DNA of 60,039 nt from Halocafeteria seosinensis (lineage: Eukaryota), in the NCBI GenBank assembly GCA_001687465.1, contig LVLI01000496.1, positions 1 to 60,039 of the forward strand, read 5' to 3'. Both the position numbers and the translations under genes were made by a program. Position 1 is the first letter of the stretch, and each line of letters opens with the position of its first letter. The notes under the pieces were generated by a model. That model saw only the letters and a program-made list of their open reading frames with translations, searched no databases and was not told the origin of the DNA. Shown here piece by piece: positions 46,030-58,100 of this stretch.

Positions 46030-48462
46030 TTAATCGGTCTTGGCTTTGGCATTACCGCCGCGGTATTTCCTCCAGCCAACTAGGATTCCCAACACGGCAG
46101 CACTTACTGTTAGCGCCAGATTCACCCCTCCATTTCGGATACCAGCAATCCAACGAATCAGCCGTACATTTAGCAAGTGGGATAGAAAGGGCTCCTTCAA
46201 TGAAGGCGGAACTCGAACAGTGCCTACGATAGATACCTTGTCGGCCAGTGGTAATTCGTACTGGTTCAAAGCGGTGGTATTCGTCGCACTGATTCTGCTG
46301 TTGTTGCGTAAGATATGGACGTATTGGAACTCCGGATCGTCCCATAATTCCGTGCATACCAATGGAAGTAAACGGTCGACTTTGGGGTAGGGATAATCGA
46401 ATTTCATCATATCAATGGGCCAGCTGAAGTGAAACTTGTAGGGCATATAGAACGCAGTTTGGTTATCTGTGTGCGTCGAAGTTTCCATTTCATTTAGCTC
46501 CTCACGTATGCATGATGGTACGTTAATAGGCGGCCAAGGTTCCCCTGTTGCAGGGACAGTCAATTCCTCGTCCCATACAAATTTGCGGAATACCTCTGTG
46601 ACTTCATCAGCCACCATGGTCTCGTTTTCATTCATTTGGGAAGTTCTATGGAACATGAACTTCAAATCGCTCCCGTGGTAAACCCCCATATGGTTCATGG
46701 GCCATTTTAACCAAGATGGTAGGACGGCATGACTGTATACATAAATTTTAGAAGACCACTGTTGCGGGAGATATCCTAGTGCTGCTTTTGTCTGGAGTGC
46801 CCTTGCCCAAACCAGCTCTCGATTGTTTCTCCAGGTAGCACAGTGCCATAGATCGCTCAGCAATCTGGCACCTACTGTAGCCGGCGATAAATCTCCTGGT
46901 CCCGGCACGTCACTTTCACGTCTGGGTACGTTGGCTGAATCCATCATACTTCGACCAAAAGTACAGGCTTCAGACGGAGGATCATCAGGTACGGGGCCGA
47001 ATTCTATCAACTTTGAATGTATACCGTGGTGATCATACCAATCCCACACTCTTTTGTTTTGTTCCTCTCCATGAAGGGTCCTAAGAATGACGGCCAAGTC
47101 AGCACTTGAGAGATACACCGGGAAACCGAGTGCAAAGAACAGTGTTGCCTCATCTCGCACTGTACCTGTGACAATTGTAACGTTTGGAAGGACGTGGCCG
47201 CGAGCTATCAGATGTCGAGGATGAGCAGGGAGCTCGAAACCGTTTATCACAGGGAACCACATGACTCCATCCCACCACATTATTGCTCGGCGGGCTTTCA
47301 ACGCAGTGTTGATTTGTTTCGCAGTCTTGTTCTTCATGCACTTTAATTCATCCAGTAGCGTTAGATGCACCTCAGCCTTAAACGCTGAGAGAGACTTGCG
47401 GGAGTCGAGAGTCGTTTCTAAACCCGCTAAACTATGTTCTTGCGGAGACCAGTTTTGGATGCCATATTGTTGACTCATTTTTTGGAGCGTGTCTCTCTTT
47501 GAGCAACCAAGCTCTTCTGCCATTCTCTTGGAAGTCTTCATGGCTTCTCCCCGAGTAACGAACTTGAAGTCGCACATTGCACTTTGCATGACTACCTTCC
47601 TGAACAGTCCCCTGGCTTCGGGATTCACCAAATGAAGACAAAGGGAAAATGCCCCCGCAGAATTCCCAGTTACCGTTACGCGGTTCCGATCTCCTCCGAA
47701 ATTGCGAATAAACTTCTGAACGAATCTCATAGCTAGCAGCTGATCCTGCAGGCCGAAGAGGCCTCCAATAGTGTTGTTGTCAAATCCAGAAAAATAGTCT
47801 TTGGAACCAGAGTCCGATGTTGAAAAATCCGAATCTAACCAAGGCCTTCCAAGCTCGTAGAGTGCGGATATCTTAGGCATTCCCGTAGCCATTGCCGGAT
47901 GGGCCATGAACCCTAACGGGCCGAGCCGATAGTTGAAATTGACGAAGACCACATTCATCCTGCGAGTTAGCTCGAGCGGGTCAGGAGAAACGAGTTCATG
48001 AGAAGCACTTCCAATGATGAATCCTCCACCGTGAATAAATATTTTGACAGGAAGAGGATTTCTCTTCTCCAAGAAATGCAACTGACCTACTGGGACCCAA
48101 ATGTTGAGGTATAGACACCTCTCATCGGTATCGGGGGCCGTGGAAAGGCCTCCTGCGTCGACATTGTGGCATCCAGGTGTGTATTTGTGACCATCTAGTG
48201 TGCCTTCCCATCCATTGATCAGAGGTTGTGGAGGCCTCCATCTGTTGCTTCCGGTGGGCTGTTGTGCGTACGGTATGCCCTTGAATACCGCAACATCTCC
48301 ATCCGGATGGGTGCTGTTACCCTTATATTTATAGCCACGCACTCGGCCAAGACGGGGTATATCCACCTCTATCGCCGTAGAATCTCTATCTTGGTCACCT
48401 GTCACGCTGTGGCATTCCAGCAGCACTAATGCACATAATACAACCGCAGTGAGTAGACGCAT
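46030..48462 (-). CDS. Type-B carboxylesterase/cholinesterase-family hydrolase, membrane-anchored
   Basis: Signal peptide, FKGIPYAQ.P.G..RWRPP, ERCLYLNIW, HGGGF oxyanion hole, GNSAG nucleophile, DE acid, YHGSDL histidine, C-terminal TM helix and KAKTD end. Confidence 0.93.
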   Translation of the reverse strand: MRLLTAVVLCALVLLECHSVTGDQDRDSTAIEVDIPRLGRVRGYKYKGNSTHPDGDVAVFKGIPYAQQPTGSNRWRPPQPLINGWEGTLDGHKYTPGCHNVDAGGLSTAPDTDERCLYLNIWVPVGQLHFLEKRNPLPVKIFIHGGGFIIGSASHELVSPDPLELTRRMNVVFVNFNYRLGPLGFMAHPAMATGMPKISALYELGRPWLDSDFSTSDSGSKDYFSGFDNNTIGGLFGLQDQLLAMRFVQKFIRNFGGDRNRVTVTGNSAGAFSLCLHLVNPEARGLFRKVVMQSAMCDFKFVTRGEAMKTSKRMAEELGCSKRDTLQKMSQQYGIQNWSPQEHSLAGLETTLDSRKSLSAFKAEVHLTLLDELKCMKNKTAKQINTALKARRAIMWWDGVMWFPVINGFELPAHPRHLIARGHVLPNVTIVTGTVRDEATLFFALGFPVYLSSADLAVILRTLHGEEQNKRVWDWYDHHGIHSKLIEFGPVPDDPPSEACTFGRSMMDSANVPRRESDVPGPGDLSPATVGARLLSDLWHCATWRNNRELVWARALQTKAALGYLPQQWSSKIYVYSHAVLPSWLKWPMNHMGVYHGSDLKFMFHRTSQMNENETMVADEVTEVFRKFVWDEELTVPATGEPWPPINVPSCIREELNEMETSTHTDNQTAFYMPYKFHFSWPIDMMKFDYPYPKVDRLLPLVCTELWDDPEFQYVHILRNNSRISATNTTALNQYELPLADKVSIVGTVRVPPSLKEPFLSHLLNVRLIRWIAGIRNGGVNLALTVSAAVLGILVGWRKYRGGNAKAKTD

Positions 48463-48787
48463 CTTCGAGAGAGTTCCCACAGAACAGAAACGGCGCGCCC
48501 TCAATCCAGCCACAATGTTACATTTGGCAAGCAACACAACAATGCTCAGTGAAACAATGAGCAGTCCACAAATGCACGGACCCGGCTTCTTAAGACGGTA
48601 TGCGATTTCATCGGACGTGCAGTATGTGCTTCACAAAACATGTCGTCTGTGAAGGTGGATGCATTCCCGTTAGTAGGACACTACACATAGTGCCTGCCTA
48701 GTTTGACGATACCAAACTATTGTGTCATTGTCTTTGGTAGTCGAGGTGACCCATGGAAGGAAATAGTGCCAATCCGTGAGGCACAGA

Positions 48788-50690
48788 ATGGCGTCTATAC
48801 CTACGGTAAATCCTGCAAACGGCAACCGGAACGAGACAACATGTGTTCGGAGAGTTCTGACGGCGGCGGTACTGATTCGACTCTTTGTAGTGCTTTTCGG
48901 TATCGCCTCATTCTGCGTGGTACCTTCATGGGATACCTCGCAGGATCTTAATGTGTCATGGAAAGGGAGAACGGCCACTCGCACTCCACTTGGAGTCAAA
49001 GCCATCCGTGCTTTCACAAACTGGGATGGCGTATACTTCATGCATATCGCTGAGCATGGATACGATAACGAAAAACTGCATGCGTTCTTTCCGGGACTTC
49101 CAATAACCGTAACTGCTATTCGGTAAGGTTTTTTGCCACCTCTCGGAAGAAAGTGGTACTCCCACGAGTTTTCTTTGAATTTGAACAATGCCAGGCACTA
49201 TCTTGTGGAGCCTCTCCACTTGCACTACGTTCTCCCGCGGCCCGTGCTCTTGCCCGTTATAGCGATCGCGTTTACGTAAGTGATTGAGTGGCGAGTGGCC
49301 ACATAATACGTCGCTGGGAAGAATGGAAGTAGTTGTGGCGTATTGCAGGAACGTGTGCCACATTCTTGCTGCCGTGGTACTCTTCAAGTTAACCCACAGG
49401 ATGTTCCAAAACCAAAGTCTTAGTTACACAGCAACAATATTTTTCTGCCTGAATCCGGCCTCCGTATTTCATTCTGCAGCATATACTGAAAGGTACGTTT
49501 GTCTTCGAGCCTGAAGACATTGCTTGCATTTTACGAAAACTCATTGCTCTGCGGTTGCAGTCCATTTGCACTTTTCACGTTTTTAGGATGTCTATACCTA
49601 GGGAATCCAAGAGAGCAACCTCTTTCCCGTAGTAAACTCGTTTTGTTGACGAGCTCTGCAATGATGCAAGGCGGGTTTTTCTTTTCACTGGCGAGCTTGT
49701 TTCGCTCGAATGGACTCCTCCATATCGGTAAGTTCGCAAGAACCAAGGTGCAGATCGCGTGCCCTTCTTGTGGAAAATTTGCATTGCGTTTTTGCAGGGT
49801 TCTTAATGTATCGGGTATTACACACAGTGCTGCTTCGGCAGGGAAACCGAAGATCAATATTTCAGGCAGCATGCGACCTGCTACTATTGTTTCCCGCCCT
49901 GCTTATTTCTAGTGTGTTAATTTTGTCCCCGTATCTCATGTTCCAGTTATTCGGATACTTTAAGTACTGCGATCGAGCTCCTCAATATGTCAATCAACTA
50001 TTGCTTTACTTACCAGCATCTATGGAGCCAGATCTACTCAAACAGCGACAAAATGGATCAATGAACTGGTGTGTTGAGTCAGAGCAGAACCACCGCCGCT
50101 TAAGGACTACTGTCGATGCTCTATCAGCTTCACTCCAGTTTGGGAAGCCCTTGCTTATGGCTCAAAGGCTATGGGAAGTAATACAGTATGCGATCACAGC
50201 CGTTCCTGCGCATTATCAGCATATCCAGCGTACCTACTGGGGAAATGAAGCATTCGGTTACTGGGAGACGAAGCAATTGCCGAACTTTTTCCTCGCGGGA
50301 CCAATGTTATGGATATCTCTATCAGCGACCTGGTCCTACTTTTCGACTTTCAAGAGTGCGCTGCTCTTTTGGATAAAGACAGTCATTTTGCTACCTGTAT
50401 CTAACCTAATTGATGCCGGTGCTCTGCGTGATACGAAAACCACGGAACGGATTGCCTCCTTGCAACTACTTCCCTTCGTGGTTCTGAATCTTGCAATGAC
50501 CATTTTTTGTCTGGTTTTCATGCACGTGCAAGTGGTTACAAGATTTCTAGGCTCCAATCCGGCACTTTATTGGTGGCTAGCCTATCAGTGGAGCAACAGT
50601 TCACGCTTCCGTCGTTGGTATAGTCAGTACGCTTCGCTGTTCGTTCTCTTGGGAACATGTCTGTTCGTAAACTATTACCCATGGACTTGA
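48788..50690 (+). CDS. PIGV: GPI mannosyltransferase 2
   Basis: WDGVYF..IAE.GY..E...AFFPGLP, NPASVF.SA.YTE|S, FRSNG, Y.HIQ..YW, KQLPNF.LA.P, HVQVVTRFL and NYYPWT motifs. Confidence 0.93.
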
Positions 50691-50988
50691 AGGACCTTTT
50701 GGCTTCGTTTTACAGGAACGTTTGAACGTGCCACAAGTCCAGTTAGCAGTACAAACTTTCTTCGTACACGATCCTGTAGAGTCTTACTGAGTCGAAACTC
50801 CTCGTATCCACTCATCCAGGCCGCCATCACGAAACGTGATGCAATGGTATACACACTCCGGATAGATTCTATCCAGCAGTGCGAAGAAGCATAGCTACTC
50901 GGGTAATGGCACACCGTTCGAGTACCCTGTACACTCTTCACGTGGTCTCATGTCAGCATATACGGTACTGTAGAAGAGAGTGTGAAAT

Positions 50989-51010
50989 GTGACTTCAAGG
51001 TGGAAGTCAC
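50989..51010. promoter_or_regulatory. Perfect 8-bp inverted repeat upstream of the uridine phosphorylase gene
   Basis: GTGACTTC-aaggtg-GAAGTCAC, about 120 bp before ATG 51129. Function unknown. Confidence 0.35.
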
Positions 51011-51128
51011 TACGGGATACTGTGTACGTCCGTTGAATTTGTTAGTTTACAGCTTGCCGCCAATGGGTTATTTTCCCTGTGGATCTATCCTTGCATTGTT
51101 TCTGTGAGTATTACCGCTGCCGTAGAGG

Positions 51129-52659
51129 ATGTCCTCCACTTCTGGGTTTTCGTGGAGACAGAGTCTCCAAGTAGGTGTTCCTTGCGTGTTGACGACTGGT
51201 TTAGTGCTTCTTATTCGAAAAGGAAAGGCCTCCCGTTGTCTCGAGCGGTTCGGTGAACGTCTTGGTCTCTTATCCAATAGGAGTGGCGATGACAGCTCCA
51301 GCAACAAGCAGTCTGCAACTCTCGTGTACACCGACCCGAACTTCCCACTGACAGCCGATGGACGAGTGCATCACTTAGGTGTTAAGCGTGGAGAAGGTAC
51401 GTCGATGAATGCACAAGTACTCGGCTAATGTATTTAGTATGCCATACTATTGTTTCTGGTAGTACAGTGGCGAATCGAATTCTCTCTGTAGGTGATCATG
51501 GAAGAGCCGAACGCCTAGCAGCATTCTTGGACAACGTGACGGTGATTCCATCCTCCCGCGGGTTCAAGACATACACAGGTTTATTCAATGGAGTACGTTC
51601 TTGATTAGCTCGTTTCCATAAGATCTAAGCCGCCAGTATCGTTTCGAACGCTATGGTACAGGTTCCTGTGTCAATTATTGCCACTGGAATGGGCACGCCA
51701 ATGATGGATTTCGTTGTACGCGAAACCAGGTAAGGGGAACACGGGTAGCATTTTCTTGCATCGTTTTATGGACAATCTATGTTCATTCATACGTATACAG
51801 GGCCGTGATAGATGGAGAAATGGCTATTATCCGGTAAGGCTTGTTCGCAGTCTTTCTTCACTAGTACTGTGGTCAAGCTGTAGATGTAGGTTCGCAACAG
51901 GTATGGTACTTCGGGAGGACTGGGGGATGTTCCTCCAGGTTGGGTAGTCGTTGCATCCGAGGGTGCTTGCAACGTAACCCGAGATCCCGATGCTATTCAT
52001 CAGCCGAAGACATCAAGCTCCCCACCTTACAAAATCTCCAGCTTGGCAATGCCTGACAAGACTCTGTCGCAGAAGGTGAGTATGGTCAGCCTCGAGCTTG
52101 AGAAAAACTGCATTAATGTTGTATCAATCAAATGTGCAGTTCTGTGATGCCCTGCGAGAAGCTATGCCGGCAAAGTATGGGGTAACCACAGGAGTAAATG
52201 CAACAGCGGACTCGTTCTACAGCAGCCAAGGGAGAACCACAGCCTTGTTCGATGACCAGTAAGTAGTCGAACTACTACAGTTGTCCCATCAAAGTTCGTG
52301 ACTTCCCATAGAATTTTTCAGGAACGCGACGTTACTCGATGACCTTGAGAAGAAGTACCCGAACGCTGCTGCATTGGAAATGGAGACATTTCAATTGTAA
52401 GTGCCATCTAGATACTCGAGGTTGTTGCCAACGGTGCAGCTGGCATGATCCTTGGTGCAGATTCGAGCTAGCAAGGAGTAGTTATGGTAGCATCAAAGCT
52501 GCTGCTGCCGCTATTCCACTTTCGAACCGCAAATCTCGTCAAGTCATCACCTCTGAGGGTGTGCGTCTTCTCGAGTGTAAAGGTGGTGAGGCCGCCTTGC
52601 GAGCTTTAACTAGCATTGCTTTAAAGAATACCATGAAGAGCTCTGAATGTATCTGGTAA
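51129..52659 (+). CDS. Uridine phosphorylase (PNP/UDP family), multi-exon
   Basis: NFP...GRVHHLG..GEVANRI.SVGD..RA, SSRGF.TYTG, TGMG.PMMDFVVRE, NATADSFYSSQGR and LEMETFQL motifs. Seven short GT-AG introns. Confidence 0.9.
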
Positions 52660-52883
52660 ACCTCGTGTAGTGCAATCATCTAGATGATATAGGCGACAAT
52701 GAAGCACACACGCACTGATGGAGTTATTTTCCAGCTTGGAGTCTACCATCCTCTACTTGAAGAGCTCTGAATGTATCTGGTAAACCTCGTGTAGTGCAAT
52801 CATCTAGATGATATAGGCGACAATGAAGCACACACGCATTGATGGAGTTATTTTCCAGCTTGGAGTCTACCATCCTCTACTTG
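52634..52883. repeat. 124-bp near-perfect tandem duplication
   Basis: Copy 1 starts at 52634 and copy 2 at 52758. I see one mismatch (cgcactg/cgcattg) and a TG microhomology at the junction. Confidence 0.95.
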
Positions 52884-54155
52884 CCTCCACACATCTTGTC
52901 GTATGTCGCCTAGTTGACTGATGAACGACTCCAAGTCCTCTTCCTCTTCTTCGAGCCGTTGCACCTTTTTCTTGTGCTGTTCTTTACGTGAGGCACTTTG
53001 GTTATCGTAGAACTCCTTTAATCGGGAGTGCTGTCTTATTAGTGCGTCCGTCTGAGTCTTTAGACTACGGATGTCTTCCCGCAGCCCACGCGCAATCTGA
53101 GCAAATTGTTCCTCAGTCTCCACGTCTTCGATGGAAGCGTCTTCAGATTTTGGAGGGTCACAATTACTCTCTTGAATTTCTCGTCCTCCTTCTCGGGAAC
53201 CAATTCTAGATATACGGTCATACTCTGCAAGGGTCAGGTACGCTTCATCGCGAATACGAGTGAGAAGCATGCCTCGTTCAGGGCAAATGAGGGTAATCTG
53301 CAAAACCGGATTGCTCTAAAGCAGTAATGAAATCCTCCCGTTGACTGCATTAGTTCTTCTCAACAAACCTGTCTAATCATTTCATCAAACAGCTGCGCAT
53401 AGAGCGCTTCGCGTGTGGGGCACAATGGAGTTGGTCTTGCTTGTCTTCGTCTCAACTCTTCATCAAGGTGCTTCTCTACCAAGATACAATCTTCACGCTG
53501 TGGATGGTATTCATCAAAAGGGTGTCGCCGCCAATGTCGTCCGTACGAATCCTTCCATTGTCTGCGAGGAAATCAACGGAGGTGGAGGATGCGAGCAAAT
53601 AATTCATGGGTTGCTACAGCTACAACCGCCTTACTGTGTGCTCACGAGTTGCCGCACCACTCGCCGTGTATATGAATCCGTCGCCCGCTGGTTCGCCCCT
53701 TGGCTTTCAACCATCCATTTAGCCTTCTGTGTCCGACTGACGCCCCTGGAGGAATGCCGCGTCGATTTAGTTGTTTCGGGTTTGCGAGGGGTTGTCGCAG
53801 GAGCATTGGTACTGTGTCGTGTCTGCTGCAGCTGTTGTGGCACCACAACGGCAGATTCCCCACCTCCAGAAGCTTGCTTTGCTCCAGTCGTCTCCGATGC
53901 ATTCGCGAATGTGTCGCCAGGAAGCTTTGTGTGGTCCTCGGACTCGATTAAACGCTCTTGGGGGTCCCCTGTACAACGTAAACGACGGTTGAAAATGCGA
54001 TCACCAGCCATCCACCGTACACACGTACATTCGACAGCACCTGAGTACTGTACAAGGCTGAAAGGAAATACACCGCCTTCTGGTAGCTTCCTCTCCCGCA
54101 CAGACACGTAGTTCTGGCGAGGCGTCTGAGGTCGTTCCCCAGCCGTGAACTCCAT
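52848..54155 (-). CDS. Axonemal dynein light chain p28 (DNALI1)-family protein, divergent
   Basis: Spliced translation gives LDEELRRRQARPTPLCPTREALYAQLFDEMIRQ|ITLICPERGMLL.RIRDE, matching the p28 core, followed by a coiled coil. Two introns. Confidence 0.85.
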
Positions 54156-55128
54156 ACTAGGGAACCGCAAACTCCAACTCAGCAGCGCACCCGCGGCGGC
54201 ACGTGGGTAGAGGGATGCATAACTAACAACTTAACAAGGGGACAACATTCGATTACCATGCCAGATAGTGGGACAGTTAATGTACAAATCATCACTACCT
54301 GGTACATTTGTACTCTGGGTATGATCAGACGGAGATTCTAACTCCGGCCTGGAAGTTCCTGACAGGAATGTGGGAACCGGTAAAGTGGATCCCCACAAAA
54401 TTTGTGTGCGGCCTCCAGAATCAATCTACAAACGTTTCGCGTACAAGGATCCGTCTATGTGCATGCAATGGTTGTCGTGTTCAACAGGTTTCTTGTGAAT
54501 ACCAACGGGACTCGTCTAGTTGTACTACCATGGTAAACTTACCAAAGATGTGCTCGCTTGCATTAACACGAACTGTACAGTACGAGACGTGGTAGTCGAG
54601 TGTTGATTGTGAGCGACGTTGTTGAGAAATACACAGATAAAACTCTTACAGATGTTGAGCCCACCTTTTCATATGTAGAATATTGGCTAGCCTCAAGTGT
54701 ACCACAGTGGTAGTACTACAACTGTTGTTTTGCCTTGCAGGATCCAAGGGATCAATCGTGTACCGATTCACGAACTCGGCATTCACAAAAATTTTTCTTC
54801 CTTGGGTTCGCAACCGGTTGAGTAACTACTCGTTAAGCGTCTGTTGACCATTACACCGCACCGTTGGTGTTCTCGGCGGTGGTATCAGCCACACTACTGT
54901 CGCCTTTCCTGGTATGTCATAATCTACTAATGCTGCAGTTCAGTTTTCGTTCAATACCCGGATACAGGGAGTTCGTAGTCCCATTAAGCCTCCATGGAGG
55001 CAGGAAGCGTAGTCTCGTTGGACCGTTGCTTCACTCACTGGTGTTGCTACGGTTAGTGAAAACAAGAAGTTTTTTCCATCCTCATAAGTGTATTCCACCA
55101 ATGATACGCTCGCTGCCTTCACCTTTCC

Positions 55129-58100
55129 TCATACAGTGGGGTCTATCTCTATATCGTTATTACTCACTGCGCCGTGCTGGCTCCATGACTGACGGCCGTC
55201 ATCACCAACTATTACACTACTATCCAAATACCTCGTAGAATAGTTCGGATCCCGGTCCTGAGAAAGTTCCTCGGGAAACATTCTCGTGTTTCCGAGGTTT
55301 GATGCATGATGGCGACGTGAAGAACCTTGGCGAAAGGAGCTCTGCTTCCTTAACTTGCCCATGAAAAATAGCCGAACGACTCCCAGGAAAGCTATGCCGC
55401 CAATAACGATACCAACTATAGCACCTGCGGAGATTATACCTGTTTGACTCCTTGAGCTGGATTGAGAAGCCGAGATCAGGGCAGAACGTGTAGCAGGGGG
55501 TGGCTGAAGTAGTAACAAGATGTATGTCTCTGGTACTTTAACGTTCATACGCAACACTCCGTCATCTTGGTCATAGTTGTCACGACGAATGATAGGCATG
55601 CCGACTGGTAGAGAGTTTGTACCGTTGGTGCTGTTCCCTTCACTAGTCGGTAATAGTGCAAAATAAAAGAACTGGTCAGCGTTGTTTTGCACGAAGTCTT
55701 GCAGGGAGCTGGGCATTCTGATTCTTACACTTGCGAAGCCTTCACTTTCAGAGTGCAACGATATTTCCGCCGGCAGGCAGCCACGGACGATATGCAATGG
55801 AAGCGTAGAGTTTTCTCTTCCAAACATCTCCAAAAGCCCAATGCATTTACTATCTAACTCATCCGAGATACCTGAGTCAACAAGGATCGTCGTATTCCTC
55901 CAGGTTTTGGCTTCCATCGATATCCTCACAGAAAACCGACCAATGTCGCCGTCAGCGAGAGTCCGAGACCTCCCGCTTGGATTTGCAAATTGGGAATCGA
56001 TACTGCCACTGTACTCCATATCAAATGCAATAGCTAACCTATCATCGTCAGAGGTCTGCGACAAAGAAGGACCTGGGATACGTTCTGTGGTGCACTGCTT
56101 TCCAGACCACGGAGGATTGCACTTGCACTCAGACAAAACTTCTGGGCCAGCAAAGCCCCCGTTGTTACCACACTTAGTCCCTCTCCAATTGCAAGTGGCG
56201 TTGCAGTGTCGGTCGCAAGTGGGACCAAACCAATTGTGGACACATTTACAGACCTGCAAAGGATCACGATCTCTTAAAATCTGGTTCCGATTATCCGAGT
56301 ATGGAATAATGGCAGAGTCCTCAGGTGGCAACAGTCTGCTTAAGAAGTTATCTCCCTGTCGCACATTCTCTTCCAACAATGCTTGGCTTCCCAAGATGCC
56401 ACCTGTACTTGGGACAGCTGTTACGATACCATGTACGCAAGTGAAAATATCGCAAGCACTACCAGCCCAGAAAGGAAGGCAGCTGCATGTATCTGAGGTA
56501 TCGTTTCGGATGCCATGGAAGCAGTCAACTGCAGGGACAACTTCGTAAACACTACAATCTGACCCACTCCATCCACTAAAGCACTGGCAGGCGTAAGTCG
56601 GAGGATCATCATTCTCTAGGATAATTGTGCCATGTGTGCAATGTACAACATCTGGGGCGGGTACAGAGCAATCGCTTCCCGACCAGCCAGCATCACAAAC
56701 ACACGTTGAGTACACAACCTTTCCATGAATGCAGGACAAAGATTGGCTGCATTGCTCTCCGGACCAACCTGGCAAACAGTTGCACTGCACTTCACCCTCT
56801 TCATTTAAGGGATTTTCTTCATCCACCCACCCATGCGTTCCGCATCGACTGATCTCACAACGTTTACCCGTCCAACGTAGTGGATCGAAGCAGTCACAAA
56901 CATCCGTATCTTGGGCATTGCACATCCCTCTGCCGCTACAATAGTCTCTGCAGACTGTACCGCATTGAGGTCCGCGTCTAAAGGTTGGGTCCCAACAGTC
57001 ACAAGTCAGATTTCGATTAAGTACTCCGAACGGTTCACAGACTGGAACAATGGGAGCACCATATTTTCCAACAAGTTGCTCGGCTCTCTTATAATGCGAC
57101 TGGTTTGTATGTGCATCACATGGAATACTAGAATTCCCATGAAGAGTAATTCCCTCCGTGCCAGTAGCGTTATTGCCAACTTCGACACCGTTAAACCTCA
57201 CAGAAGACAAGCCTTTCCATACAATGTCCAGCTCCCCTCCATTCAACTCAAGTAAATGCTGTATGAACATAGGTTGACACGCTCCACGGAAGAGTGGTAA
57301 ATTGATTTGACCGTTTCCAGAAAAAGATCGCGCTAGCACTTGTCCACGGATTTGACCCGACGGGAAATCCACAAATGCAGCCGGCGCGAGCAATGTCCCG
57401 CGTACTTCAATGAATGATATGTTGATTCGTTTTGCGAATGGAAAATTCCATATAATAGAAAATGATGCATTCTCGTGATAGAAGTGTCCCGTCAAGCCGA
57501 GGCTTGCCAAACGCGCTTCCACGACAGGCATGGGCCAGACTCCCGCATCCCGTGCAACATGGGCATCGCCCTCACCATCACCATATCCAGTGTGGGCATT
57601 CTCCCACAAAACGTTGATTATGGTCGTTGGAGTAGATGCGGGGTCCCACGGGGCCTCGTGGTCTATAAAACCGCGGAAAGGGTCAGGGTCTCCACGCTCG
57701 AACGGGCTGAGACCAATTGGGCTTCCAAGCACAGTCAAGTCCAATTCAATTTCTCTGGCAAACAGTAAATCATCTAAAGAAATATGAAAAATGTTCACAT
57801 CAGATCTGGTTCCTTTGAGCTTCATTTGTGTCCACTTCATTTGTGTGGTCCCTGTTCTTGGTAAACTTGCCAGCCTCCGCGATATCTGTCTCAGAGAAGT
57901 TAGTGCGCCATGAAAGTCTTCCTGGAGCACTTCACTGCGGTGAGTCTCTAGAAACCTCCCGGGAAGCTCTACAGAGGCTCTTTGCGTACGGTATACGCTA
58001 TTCGCAATGGCATTACCTCCTCCGAGGACGGCCCCCGAAGTAAAGTTAAGAGTTCCTCCCACTGCCAGGTCATTCCTGTAAGTACGTTTATCACCATCAA

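Noticed and set aside
53413..54111. 232-aa plus-strand ORF, and other long antisense ORFs such as 55682-56548
   Set aside because: They are shadows of well-supported genes on the opposite strand and have no motifs of their own.
4880..54155. Apparent clustering of flagellar/centriolar genes (MORN, WDR62-like, DYNC2LI1, p28) and cell-cycle genes (APC5, DDX11)
   Set aside because: They are interspersed with unrelated housekeeping genes, and this density is unsurprising in a compact flagellate genome.
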